Shown: positions 26,435 to 37,267 of the stretch, one piece after another
How the letters are laid out: every line of letters begins with the position of its first letter
Numbering within the stretch: the stretch's first letter is position 1
From: Selaginella moellendorffii
Taxonomy: Eukaryota > Plantae > Lycopodiophyta
DNA: 64,000 nt
Assembly: GCF_000143415.4 (NCBI RefSeq)
Contig: NW_003314271.1
Coordinates: forward strand, 2,090,806-2,154,805
Direction of reading: 5' to 3'
Notes under the pieces: generated by a model
Seen by the model: only the letters and a program-made list of their open reading frames with translations
Databases searched by the model: none
Told to the model about the DNA's origin: nothing
Made by a program: the position numbers and the translations under genes

Positions 26435-28954
26435 TTAATGAATCTCACCTTGAACCTGGGTTATGAATGCTCTTGCTGCATCTCTTGCATGGTCTGGCAA
26501 GGTGATGGTGGCATTCTGCTTCCGCATCCAACCATGCACAACATTATCCACCGATATGCTCATGCTGGGATCCCTTGGATTCAGCACCCATCTCTTTTCT
26601 AGGCAATCCTTCGTATATCCAGAACTTGGCTTGAACCACTCCACAGTTACATTGAAGGAGTTAGTTTCTGCGTCCTCCTCTGCATCAGTGATGCAGCGCC
26701 CCACCCATATCATTTGTTTTTTATTACTGGGTCTGACAAGCACGACCATTCCTTTGCAGACCTGTACTGGATTGAATGCTGAATCCGGCTTCTTGTTCCT
26801 CGGCCCATAATAGTGATCCTCAACATCGTTATCTGTCACTGCATTTCCAGAGGACATTGTTCCGCTACTATCTGGTGCTCTGGGTTCTGGCCAAAAGGAC
26901 TCTTCCAATTCTTCATATACAACCGGCCCATTTTGGATAGCAGATATAATCTTCTCCCAGTATTCCAGCAAAGGCTTGCACTTCTGAAAATAGGATTCTC
27001 CACCAAACACCAACCCCCTCTTCCAGAAGGCAATATGCTGTCTAATCCCGGCCACTATACTTTCCTGGTCTTTAAGTCCATCCGGGTGCATCGGCCGTGG
27101 GGAACCTTGAGGAATCATAGGTTCCCCAGTTATGGGATCTCTCTTGAAGAGTTCAATGCCGTCCACTGGCAGCCACACTGTGTCCCATTCTCTCATCTTG
27201 TACCTCATCACTGGAGCACCGTCACTCATGCTGAAATGAAACTGAAGAGGCTTGGAGTGGCCAATCAGCGTTTCGGATCCGTCCCTGATGTAGCCTCTTA
27301 CAAACCCCTTAAAGTCTGGAACCTCTGTCACAAGTGCAGCTTCAACAGTGCCTTTGATGCAATTTTGGAATTCATCGTAGAGTTGTGGGAGGGTGAGGAC
27401 ATTGGATCGCCGGAGGGACTCTACCAAGTGACTGAACATGGCATCGACGTCTTCATGAGTGTGCCCAACCATGAGAAAGCCAAGTGTAACCATTTCAAAT
27501 ATGCCTTTGGCAACAAGCATCGCCAAGTACGCGAAGATGTACATGTCAGGTCTCTCCATGGATAGAATCCTGTTATGATAATATGCAGTCCTGCAGCTTC
27601 TCTGCTCGATGTTGTGGTCGAGCCGCCTTCTAACCAACGTCTCTCGCTCTTGAGCGCTACAAGAATTCTTCGACAAAGCCATTTTGATAGCAGTGCACTC
27701 GTCACACTTTGAAAAGCTGGAGTACTTTCCTATACTCACATCCCTGAACCTGTTGCTCCACAATCTACTAAATCTAGATTGGCTCAACTTCCTGTAGCCA
27801 TTACTCTGGAGTTCCCGATTCACATCTTCCAATATGGCCCCCTTGGTATACATGGAAGGGAGAACTCGTTGGGTGTCTCGTGTTCCATCTTCCAAGAGGC
27901 GGGTTTTATGTGGTTGCTGCTCGCTACATGTCTCGACAAACCTCTTGAAGATTGCCTCTCCATATACAACATGACCCCTGGTTTTGTGAGTACCGTCGTT
28001 CCCATGGACTGCCTGTTGAACCCTTTGTTCCTCGAACTTAGTTTTGATTCTATAGAATGTGGTTCGAGGGACTCCATAAATGATTCTCCATGCCTTCATG
28101 CAGACCAAACCCCTCTGGAAGACCATGCCCCCCACCTGATGTTCTGAAGCATCAACAGATGACCGTAATGCCTCATACACAAAATTGCGAGCTGCCTTCC
28201 AGGACAATGTTTTGTATCTTGCTCTCTCCTCTTCAATAGCATCCCAATCAGCATGTTGACAGCACCTCCTCTTGCAACAAGCAACTGTCGAGACCATTCG
28301 AACCTCCATCGCCATTTTCTGCCTTTTCGGTTCGTTGCTCATATCCCTTTGGCTACGCTTTAGGAAGGTGTACTTTCTTTTCCCATGAAGAGATGTTCTG
28401 TCATCAGTTGTAGTGGTGTTTGATTGTGAATCCTTCACATTCTCAAACACTAAGTGCCTCAATTTCCACCGCACAATGCTTCCAATAGTCAGACTATTTT
28501 CTTCTGTGTCAACAACCTCTAAAATCGCAACTCCAATATCATCCCAGCCCAATTCTTGATTAGCAACCGCATCTCTTGGATCGACAACTGTGGCTAAGCC
28601 CTCAGCTACCACCTCCCCCTCGGGGTTGTTTAGAAACACCTTTGCCTGAATCCATGTAGCACGGTTCTTAAGATCCACGGAGGGAACATGCGTCGCACTT
28701 GCGCTGTCCCCAACATCTGCTTTCTTCTGAAGATTTTTCAATGCAACAACAGCATTTACCCCGACGACCATCTCTCCTCGTTCAATAGCGACCACATTCC
28801 CATCGAAGACAGTCTCTACTGATACAGCAGCATTGCCTTCCCCAAGCCTTTGACAGTGTATAACAAAGTTCCGATCCATAGACACAAGGGTCCCTTTTGC
28901 AACTCTCTTCCCACCATTCAAAATGTAAACCTTTTCCCCAACCCTGAAGGCCAT
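26435..28954 (-). CDS. Transposase-like protein (VGHTHEDVD-type, possibly Sola1-related) with two N-terminal Tnp1/EnSpm-like SH3-fold repeats and a C-terminal Tudor/SH3-like domain; catalytic core appears internally deleted
   Basis: 839-aa ORF inside the TIRs; CCKRRC, VCMKAWRIIYG, FSKCDEC, FLMVGHTHEDVDAMFS. Confidence 0.7.
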   Translation of the reverse strand: MAFRVGEKVYILNGGKRVAKGTLVSMDRNFVIHCQRLGEGNAAVSVETVFDGNVVAIERGEMVVGVNAVVALKNLQKKADVGDSASATHVPSVDLKNRATWIQAKVFLNNPEGEVVAEGLATVVDPRDAVANQELGWDDIGVAILEVVDTEENSLTIGSIVRWKLRHLVFENVKDSQSNTTTTDDRTSLHGKRKYTFLKRSQRDMSNEPKRQKMAMEVRMVSTVACCKRRCCQHADWDAIEEERARYKTLSWKAARNFVYEALRSSVDASEHQVGGMVFQRGLVCMKAWRIIYGVPRTTFYRIKTKFEEQRVQQAVHGNDGTHKTRGHVVYGEAIFKRFVETCSEQQPHKTRLLEDGTRDTQRVLPSMYTKGAILEDVNRELQSNGYRKLSQSRFSRLWSNRFRDVSIGKYSSFSKCDECTAIKMALSKNSCSAQERETLVRRRLDHNIEQRSCRTAYYHNRILSMERPDMYIFAYLAMLVAKGIFEMVTLGFLMVGHTHEDVDAMFSHLVESLRRSNVLTLPQLYDEFQNCIKGTVEAALVTEVPDFKGFVRGYIRDGSETLIGHSKPLQFHFSMSDGAPVMRYKMREWDTVWLPVDGIELFKRDPITGEPMIPQGSPRPMHPDGLKDQESIVAGIRQHIAFWKRGLVFGGESYFQKCKPLLEYWEKIISAIQNGPVVYEELEESFWPEPRAPDSSGTMSSGNAVTDNDVEDHYYGPRNKKPDSAFNPVQVCKGMVVLVRPSNKKQMIWVGRCITDAEEDAETNSFNVTVEWFKPSSGYTKDCLEKRWVLNPRDPSMSISVDNVVHGWMRKQNATITLPDHARDAARAFITQVQGEIH

Positions 28955-29107
28955 TCTGAAAGTGCAGAAAAGAAGTTAAGACCATACAAAAAATGATTGG
29001 AGAATGGCCTAAATCATAACATACCAAACAACCTCAATAGCATGAGGCCACATGCCATTATTCAAACATGCTATTGACACCCACGTGAAATTTCGCATTC
29101 ACAAAAT

Positions 29108-29334
29108 TGGCATGAGGCCTCATGCCATTAGTGGTACCACTAATGGCATGAGGCCTCATGCTATCTTTGGCCCCTGCTAGCCTATTGCTATATTCCTTTT
29201 GCCTTGCTGCAACTGTATATATTTTTATGTGCGTGACTAGTCATCCATACAAAAATATATACAGTTGCAGCAAGGCAAAATGAATATGGCAATAGGCTAG
29301 CAGGGGCCAAAGATGGCATGAGGCCTCATGCCAT
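29108..29334. repeat. Overlapping palindromes: 56-bp palindrome (29108-29163) and ~190-bp near-perfect hairpin (29143-29334)
   Basis: Centres GGTACC (29133-38) and TGACTAGTCA (29234-43); arms read as reverse complements. Confidence 0.9.
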
Positions 29335-29524
29335 CTTGATATACACACAGCTGCAGGCAAGTAAAAACATACATGACAATACGCTAGCCATGAAATTGCA
29401 AGGGCCCAAGATGGCATGTGGCCTCATGCCATTTCTAAATGTGGTCCTAAGCCATTCCATGGTGAACATACCAGGAAGCACAAGTGCCGAATATCAAGAG
29501 GAAGCGGTAGCCACACCAAAGACA

Positions 29525-29715
29525 GTGCCGCTCGCAACACCGCAACTACTCGTAGCGCCGCTCGCAAAACCACAACTGCTCGTAGTGCCGCTCGCACAAA
29601 CTGCCACTCGCATAAACTACCGCTCGCACAAACTACCACTCGCATAAACTGCCGCTCGCACAAACTGCCGCTCGCAATGGCGCTCGCAATGCCGCAACCG
29701 CTCGTAGACGCATAA
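29525..29715. repeat. ~15/30-bp GC-rich tandem repeat (CCGCTCGCACAAACT)
   Basis: Direct sequence. Confidence 0.75.
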
Positions 29716-31793
29716 ACCACAGCCCACAACGCCGCTTACACAAGCAGCGCTCACTGCGCTCAGCGGAACCAAGAACACGGCGCACAAAAATGATAGACCT
29801 AGGAATGAGTTCGAGAATTCAAAAATAACACACGCTTGAACGTCACATCAAATCCTCTGACAAACCAGATCTTATGATTCCTCTGACAAATTTCAAACTG
29901 AGTAGCTTCTAGACTTTGCTGTCGGAGGTTGAACTTTGTCACATCATGTCCTTGCCTCGATCCAGCTGTGCCATGTCAGTGATTCGAACTTTGCCATGCC
30001 ATGTCAGCAATCCGCGCCAAGATTATTTGCCGTGTAAAGGAATAATTATGCTGTGTGTGTATGTCCATTTATGGCAATATAAGGCCACACGCCATTCAAA
30101 GAATAATGCTAGTTGAGCATTTTTTGGTGCACTTTTGGGTTCAAAATTGCATGAGTCCACACGCTATAAAGTTTACCTGTACCAAAAATAGAAACAGCTT
30201 TATTTACTTGGGAATTTAAGTGGTTGAGGCATTTTTAGACTTACAAACACATGCCCTACTTACATTCCTTTGGTTGCTTAAAATTCAAAAATATTATAAA
30301 CCTTTTTTTTTGCATTTTCAATGTTTTCAATTATGGTTTTTGATTTTCGCAGGACCAGCCTAGTAATCTATTTGCATCCCATCATGTTTATAGCTAGCTT
30401 TCGTTTGTCCCCTTCGCTAGCCTGAGATACATCTGCTCGGCATCTGCCTCTTACAGCATTTGCCCAGAAAGGGCATCTTTCTTCACGCAGCATTTGCCAC
30501 ATGTTTAGGATTTAGGGTTTAGGGTTTAGCAATTCAGTAGCTTGATAAACATGCAAATACAGAACTTGATGCAAAATCCTTTGATATGTCACAATGCCCT
30601 TAGGACCATAAACACATTTCAATAGAGAGGGTCCTTTCATTTCATAACTCCTTACGTAGATCTTGGTGAAACCAGAGTTAGTGAAGTTAGTTTCTTGTGA
30701 TCCCACATCTGATTGTGATGTCCCTTTGCAGTGTCGATGGAAAGGTCAATGCACACCAAACTGTAAAATCTTGGAGCAAAATAACGGTCGGATCTATGGC
30801 AAATGCCCCTGAAACATTGTAAGGCTTGTGTGGTCTCATGTGGTGTCTGATCGAGATGCTTCTTTGCAGGGTCATCAAGAAAGACATTGTATACCATTCT
30901 GTAAAATTTAGTTGCGATCTAATGGTTGGATCTCCAGAAAACTCAAAAAAATCTCGCACGTGTCAGAATATTCTAGGAATATACTCCTATGTGCCCCTGA
31001 AAATGGCATGCAGCCCCACGCCATTCAAAAGATAACGCCAGATGACGCCGAGCATTTTTTGGTGCATTTTTTGGGATCAAAATTGCATGAGCACAAAATT
31101 ACATTGTATACCATTCTTTATTTAGCTGAACATCTGGCATTTTTGGAAATACAAGATGCTTTGGAATATCCAATCATGCATGGTATAAATATAGCGAGGG
31201 TATTAAATGATATCCCAATCATGATCTTTCTTTTGGATTTCGCGTGCATGTAGTTCGAGGAATGATGACATTGCAGATTTCTTTTGGATTTCACGTGCAT
31301 GCATGCGCGCGGCGATCCAGAAATTAATGGTGGCGCCCAAGTCCGAGGAATGATGACGTGGCGGGATTACCAACTGTCGTGACATTTCGCGCGTGTGAGG
31401 TTAGGTTTTGCATTTTGCATCGTACTCGCGCTCGCACACTCGCGCTCGCATCGCGCTCCCACTCGCGATCACGCTCACATTCGCGCTCATCTACCTTCTC
31501 TACAGGTTTCTCGTGTGCATCGGCGTCCACTCGCACTTGCATCACACTCGCGCTCGCATCGCGCTCGTGTGCATCGGCGTCCACTTCAAGACACACCCAG
31601 TTTGTAACTTCGCCGCCAACTCCGCCGCCCACTCCGCCACCCACACGCAGCCCACTTGGCGTCCCGGGAGATTTCAGCGCCACTCTCCAACTGTAAGTGG
31701 CAGAGTAGCCTTGCTGCTACGATCCGCTGCACACACAGTGCACATTCGCCAGCGAGTCCGGCCTCGATTGTCACGGCCTCCATTCGGCTTCAA

Positions 31794-34700
31794 ATGGTAA
31801 GTCTTTTAGGCGAAGTAGAAAATGGCATGAGGCCACATGCCATTCAGTAGCAACATTGGCATGCACCGATTGGGCTCTCGAGTGCAGTCCGGTTACAGAT
31901 GGCGTGTAGCCTCACGCCATCTTAGGATGCAGCCTCAAGACATCTGATGCAGTGGTGAATGGCGTGTGGCCTCACGTTATTTCCAGCTACTAGCTTTTCA
32001 TCTGTTAGCTCTAATTGTTGTGCATTTCTGAACAGGCGAGGAATTGCGTTCTTCTTCCAGCCACTATCAATGTGGATGCAGAGAAGGGGGAGGAGCTCAC
32101 CAGTTGGACTTTCGGGATGAAAGGCGAGGATCTGAGGCTGTACAACACAGATGGTGGGAGAAAAGAATGCATGGGGATCCTCATCCAAGTGACAGACACT
32201 CCATGCAGTTCCATGCAAGAATATGGACTGGCACTTGTGGTAGAGACAGCGTCCGCCTTCAAGATCCACCTTGCACATCCTAGCGGCTTCCCGGAGGGGG
32301 GCAGCGGCTATGAGGAATTCCTAGAGGGAGCTAGGGAGAGGTTGTCCAGGAGGCCCACAATTTCAAAGACGCTGCGGGTCTATGAAGATCACATGGAATC
32401 CACGGACCTCACCTATGGCGATGTTCAAAAACTATATTCCAACATTGAGCCGTTGAGAGTGCCTCCAGTTCGCGAAGCGAAGGGGAAGGGGGTCGATCTG
32501 GAAACTACCCCGAAGCAGAAAAGGGTGGTCAAGCCGACGTCCGACTCTCCTGCAGCTCCAAAAAAGAAGCTACTCGGTGATGCCATTGCCTCGGGTTCGA
32601 ACACTACACCCACCAAAAAGAAGAGCCGCAAAGAGCAGAAAGAGCAAGAAGAGGCAGCAAAAATCGTCGCAGATAATAGTACTTGTTACTATTCCAACAA
32701 AGTATATACAATCGACGTGAGCCGTATCGACATCCAAAGCAAATACAACCACAGGCTAGTATCTGATGAGTGGGTGGAGAAACTGAAGCAGAAGATGCTG
32801 GCAAGTCCAGTAACACCCGACATCGCAGACGTGATCCCCTACTACCGAACAATGAAGAGCGAGACGAGGTTTCCAGACTTGATCAATAGGAAGGTGTTGG
32901 ACGATCAGAACATCCGGTTCTATGCCGTCTCCGGGTAGCATTCTAGCTTGGCGATGCAAGAGATAGTTGTGGATATTATGGTGGGCGAGGAGGTGAAGAA
33001 AGTCTTCAAGACAAGAGTTGTCCGCCTGATAAAAGGCAACTCGCCCCTCTGATCTATCATATCCATCTCCCACGCGCAGAATGTCAAGCAAGAAACGTGC
33101 TACAAATCGGGTCTGCACGAGACATTGGCACGAACACGAAAGCTCTGGGTTCAACTGAAGAAGCCACAAAAACCAGGACAAGGACGTGCACTAGCAACTA
33201 GCGCCTGGCAGGTAAGCCTCGTTGCATGTGGCATAGCATGTGGCCTCACGCCATTTCCATTGCAGGAATTCTCGAGTCTTCTCTCGAAAACACTGGGGGT
33301 CAATGACACACTCAGCATCCATAACATTCTACTCGCGACAAAAGTTGTTTTTGACAAATGGGTAGATGTGCTGAGGAGGTACCATGACGGGGAGTTGCTA
33401 AACTCAATGGGTGTGGAGGATGGCCGGAAGCCCAATGATTTGAAGCTCAACGCCTTGCGTTTCTCGCGGTCTCTAGACGACGACGACCTTCTGACAGTGG
33501 CTAATGCTCTTCTACGTGGTGAGGTAGTCTTCAACAAGACCAAAATGACTCCCGGCCATATTGTGACATATGAGGACTTGTGCACGACTCTGAGAGCTCG
33601 TGCGCTATTGAAGGATTGGATCTTCGAGCAAGTGGCCGTGGAGAGGGTGAGCATCGACACCACACAAGAGATGATGGAAGAGTTGGAGTTGTCAAATGAA
33701 GACATCGACGACTATGTGAAGGGGGCCCCCAAGTTCATCAATCTGCTGCGGGATGCCACGAAAAGTAAAGCTGAGAAGTTGGATCAGTATCCAATTTTCA
33801 TTAAGAGGGATGTCGACCGCCGGCTTCAGAAACAGCTCGACCCCGCAGCAGAGGCCTATCGAGAACCTTACCGGGTATACGTGAATTCGGATGAGGATCA
33901 AAAGTGGAGGAGCATCATTTCCCACGGAGATGAGCAGGTCAAGAACATCTTTTGTGTGATGGACTTCACAAACGAGGAGATCACTCATGTAGACGAAGTC
34001 AGCTCCATCATTGACTTAATGGTGGGACTTGCGGAGGTGGAATCTTCAGTCCACTATATGATCTACGACTCCGAATCCTATCACAAGTTCTGGAAGGCCT
34101 TGAACGAGGTGAAGGCTCGGTTGAAAGGCAAGGAGATGCAGGAGATCCATGGGATAATGGCTAAGAAGAAGATACCGACGAATGTCTGCATCTTCACACT
34201 CGCCCTTGTTATTGGTCCTGCAGCAGAGTGGGACTGGAGTGACTTCCCAGCTTTGTTCAACAAGGCCGATCGAATTGATCTGAGGGAGGTCAATTTACCC
34301 GTGCCTGAGGAACTGAAGACGGCTATGGAGCTTTCGAATCCAGAGAAAGCTCCAGGTGCAGCATGGGAAATGCTCAGCTGGGTCTTCAACGCAATAGCAC
34401 CTGCTTCCGACTCCAAGGGCAAATGTATTGTCGAGTACAACTGCGGCGGACTATTCTTTTGAGCCGCACTACTCAAGGGTGTCCTGTGTGTTGCGGTGAC
34501 AAACTCCATTGAAGAGGTGACTTCAATGAAGCATATAATTACAGTTGCCAAAGAAAAACAGTATCTTCTCTGCAAACCTGGTGAGTATGCACTTTAAGTT
34601 TAAATGTTATCTCACAAGCTCTGTATGCAGGAGCGTGGCCACCCCCAGATGCTAAAACGGCGTTAACAGCTACTGTTGGGCCGAGCTCACAACCTGCACA

Positions 34701-37267
34701 AGGTAAGGTCACGTGAGGCCTCACGCCATTTTGATTATAGATCGTTGTGAATATTCAGACACGAGGACTGAAAAGCGCACTGGTGGCGCGTCAAAGAAGG
34801 ACAAACAGACAAGCAATAGGAAAAAAGGAGGTACAAATTATATTTGCAATGGCATGTGGTCTCATGCCATTCCTTGCAGGAGACACTTCTTCAAAGGCAA
34901 AACAGGCAAGCACCAGCCAAGCTCAAACTGACAGTGGTCATAAAAAGCGAAAGCACGTTGGACAGTCGTCGGGATCAGACGCGTTTGATTCGAAAAGGAA
35001 GAAGGGCAACGAAAAGATGATAGGTAATGCCTCGCGGTTATGGCGTGTGTGCTCATGCCATTCATTGCAGATCAAGGGCTGAGTGAAAGCAGCCAGTCAC
35101 CACCTCTTGACTCAGATTCCTATGGCGGACTCCCCTTCCCCAATCTCAATGGAGAGGTACAATGGATGAGGGATGCTTTTCAAGTCAGGGCCACGTTTTT
35201 CTCATCTCATCGTCTTCGAAGGGTGCAAGAACGTGCAGAAACCATGTTAAGACAGTCGGGTGAGGATACGGTCCTAGGTCACGCACTAAAACAGGCTATG
35301 GATGTCTTGTATTTTGAGATGGAGACTCGGCCAGATGATTTTCCCAAGATGGTCTTGGAAGAACAAGCCATCCAGCCTGAGCAGCCTATGGAAGAAATGC
35401 AGGAGGGGGATGAGGAGCCAGAGAAAGATAATGAGCAGGAAGAGCAGAAGGACGAAGAGGAGGACAAAGAAGAGGAGGACGAAGAAGAGGAGGACGAAGA
35501 GGACTTGAATGGTCCTCACAATGGTGACGATCACAATAACGACGACGACGATGATGACGACGATGGCCAGCCTAAGGTGGCCAAAGAGCAGCGGAGGAAG
35601 GTCATACAAGACAAACCATCAGGTAAATAATAGTACATCCATTCCTAACCTTTTACCATTTCTAACATTGTCCATGTAAGTTGCAAAGCAAATGGTAAGT
35701 AGAGATTATTCAGTTGAATTAAGATACAAACTCTAGCCTTTAGTGTCGAGGAAGGATAGTGCCAAGCAAGGGTCGAAACGTATGTCCAATCCTTCAGAAT
35801 CAACAATGCGCCTAAGTGATATCGGTCCTAGTTCCTCAATAGCAGTTGATGGTAAATACAGTATAGTCGATTCAATGTGCTAATGAGTTTGTTTTTAGTA
35901 GCCAGTAGGGAGGATACCATCTCAATCGAAGGGAGATATTTGGACATGCATATGGATCCGCCAGTGGACGTGGAGGCTACTATCCATATCAACGCCAAGC
36001 AAGCTGACCACGCTCCACTTGATGCTGCCCATACCACTGAGTCAATCTTGTCCACGTATCCAACTGACGGTGACCAGGCGCCATTGGACCCGCATGAGGC
36101 CGTCCCAACCGCCGAGCCGGTCGTATCCTCATTTCCAACGGACTCAACGTGTGCCCAATCGTCTGATTACGCGCCATTGGAACCTCCCTACACCGCCCCT
36201 GCTGCCTGTTCGGTCATGTCCACTTTGCCAACGGAGGCACCAGCTGAAATGGCGTGTGATCACACGCCATCGGAACCACCCCATGCCACTGTTGAGCTAG
36301 TTGTACCAGAGTCTACAGCAGAAATAGCATGTGCCCACACGCCATCAGATGCGATTGACCCCACATTGCAGAGGAGAGTATTTCCGCCCTTCACGTTTCC
36401 TCGACCAAAACCCTCTCAACGACCATCGGGAGCACCATTCGCTAATATTGTAGATGGTAAAATTGACTTGTACCATTTTTTATGCTGACGCATTTCATTT
36501 CAGAGTCACGGCGAAAGTACTGTATCGTTTTTGATCTGAACGGTGTCCTTTTCTCCCATGAGCGTGGCTCGTCCTCGAATGTCACTGCACCCTCCAAAGC
36601 CTGCGGTCGCAAGTTGGTCAAAAGAGACAAATTCACATTAATCACACGGGAGAAACTGCGAGATCTAATAATGACCATGCGACACTTAAAACAGAGGGCC
36701 GGGTTCAATTTGCAATTGGGAGTTTGGACATCCATGATGCACCACAATGCATTAACGTTGCTACAGATGATGCACGATCAGACGCGAGTAATATTACCAT
36801 TTGACTTTCTCCTAATGCAGGAGGATTGCTTGACTATGGTCCATGTGAGGGGTAGCAAGCCCATCTTCGTCAAGCCAGAGGCTGTAGTGATGAACCGGAC
36901 TGCTAGGTCAAGTGAAATCCTCATCATCGATGACTCACCGATTAAAACTGCAGCGAACACGCACACATATGCAGTGCACCCCATCTCTTGCAGTATGGAA
37001 ACTAGGGAGAAGAAACCGTATGTTCTAGGGGACCTTGCAAAACGGCTTGGAGCGATGGTGATAGAGAACCGGCCAGTCCAGGAGGTGGCTGTAGAAATCA
37101 ACCAAATGGCAGATGGAACGATATATCAGAAGCCATTTGATCGGACAGACACCAGTCATCATTTATGGCATGTATATTGTCTAGCCAAGCACTATCCGCA
37201 TCTCCATAATCTGCTCAACCGGATGGGTTCTTCGACCACTGAACATGAGCGTGGACGTATTAGATAA
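31794..37267 (+). pseudogene. Multi-exon gene: ParB-like domain + degenerate MTase-like fold + acidic linker + FCP1/NIF-like HAD domain; three in-frame stops
   Basis: ATG|GTAAGT at 31794, intron to 32035. YTIDVSRID...NHR...FYAVSG*HSSLAM; KGKCIVEYNCGGLFF*AALLKGVLCVAV; CIVFDLNGVLF...VWTS...ILIIDDSPIK. Stops at 32936, 33050, 34460. Introns 33212-33265, 34581-34630, 34703-34758, 34831-34879, 35024-35070. Splicing of the HAD exon to the upstream part is not certain. Confidence 0.65.
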
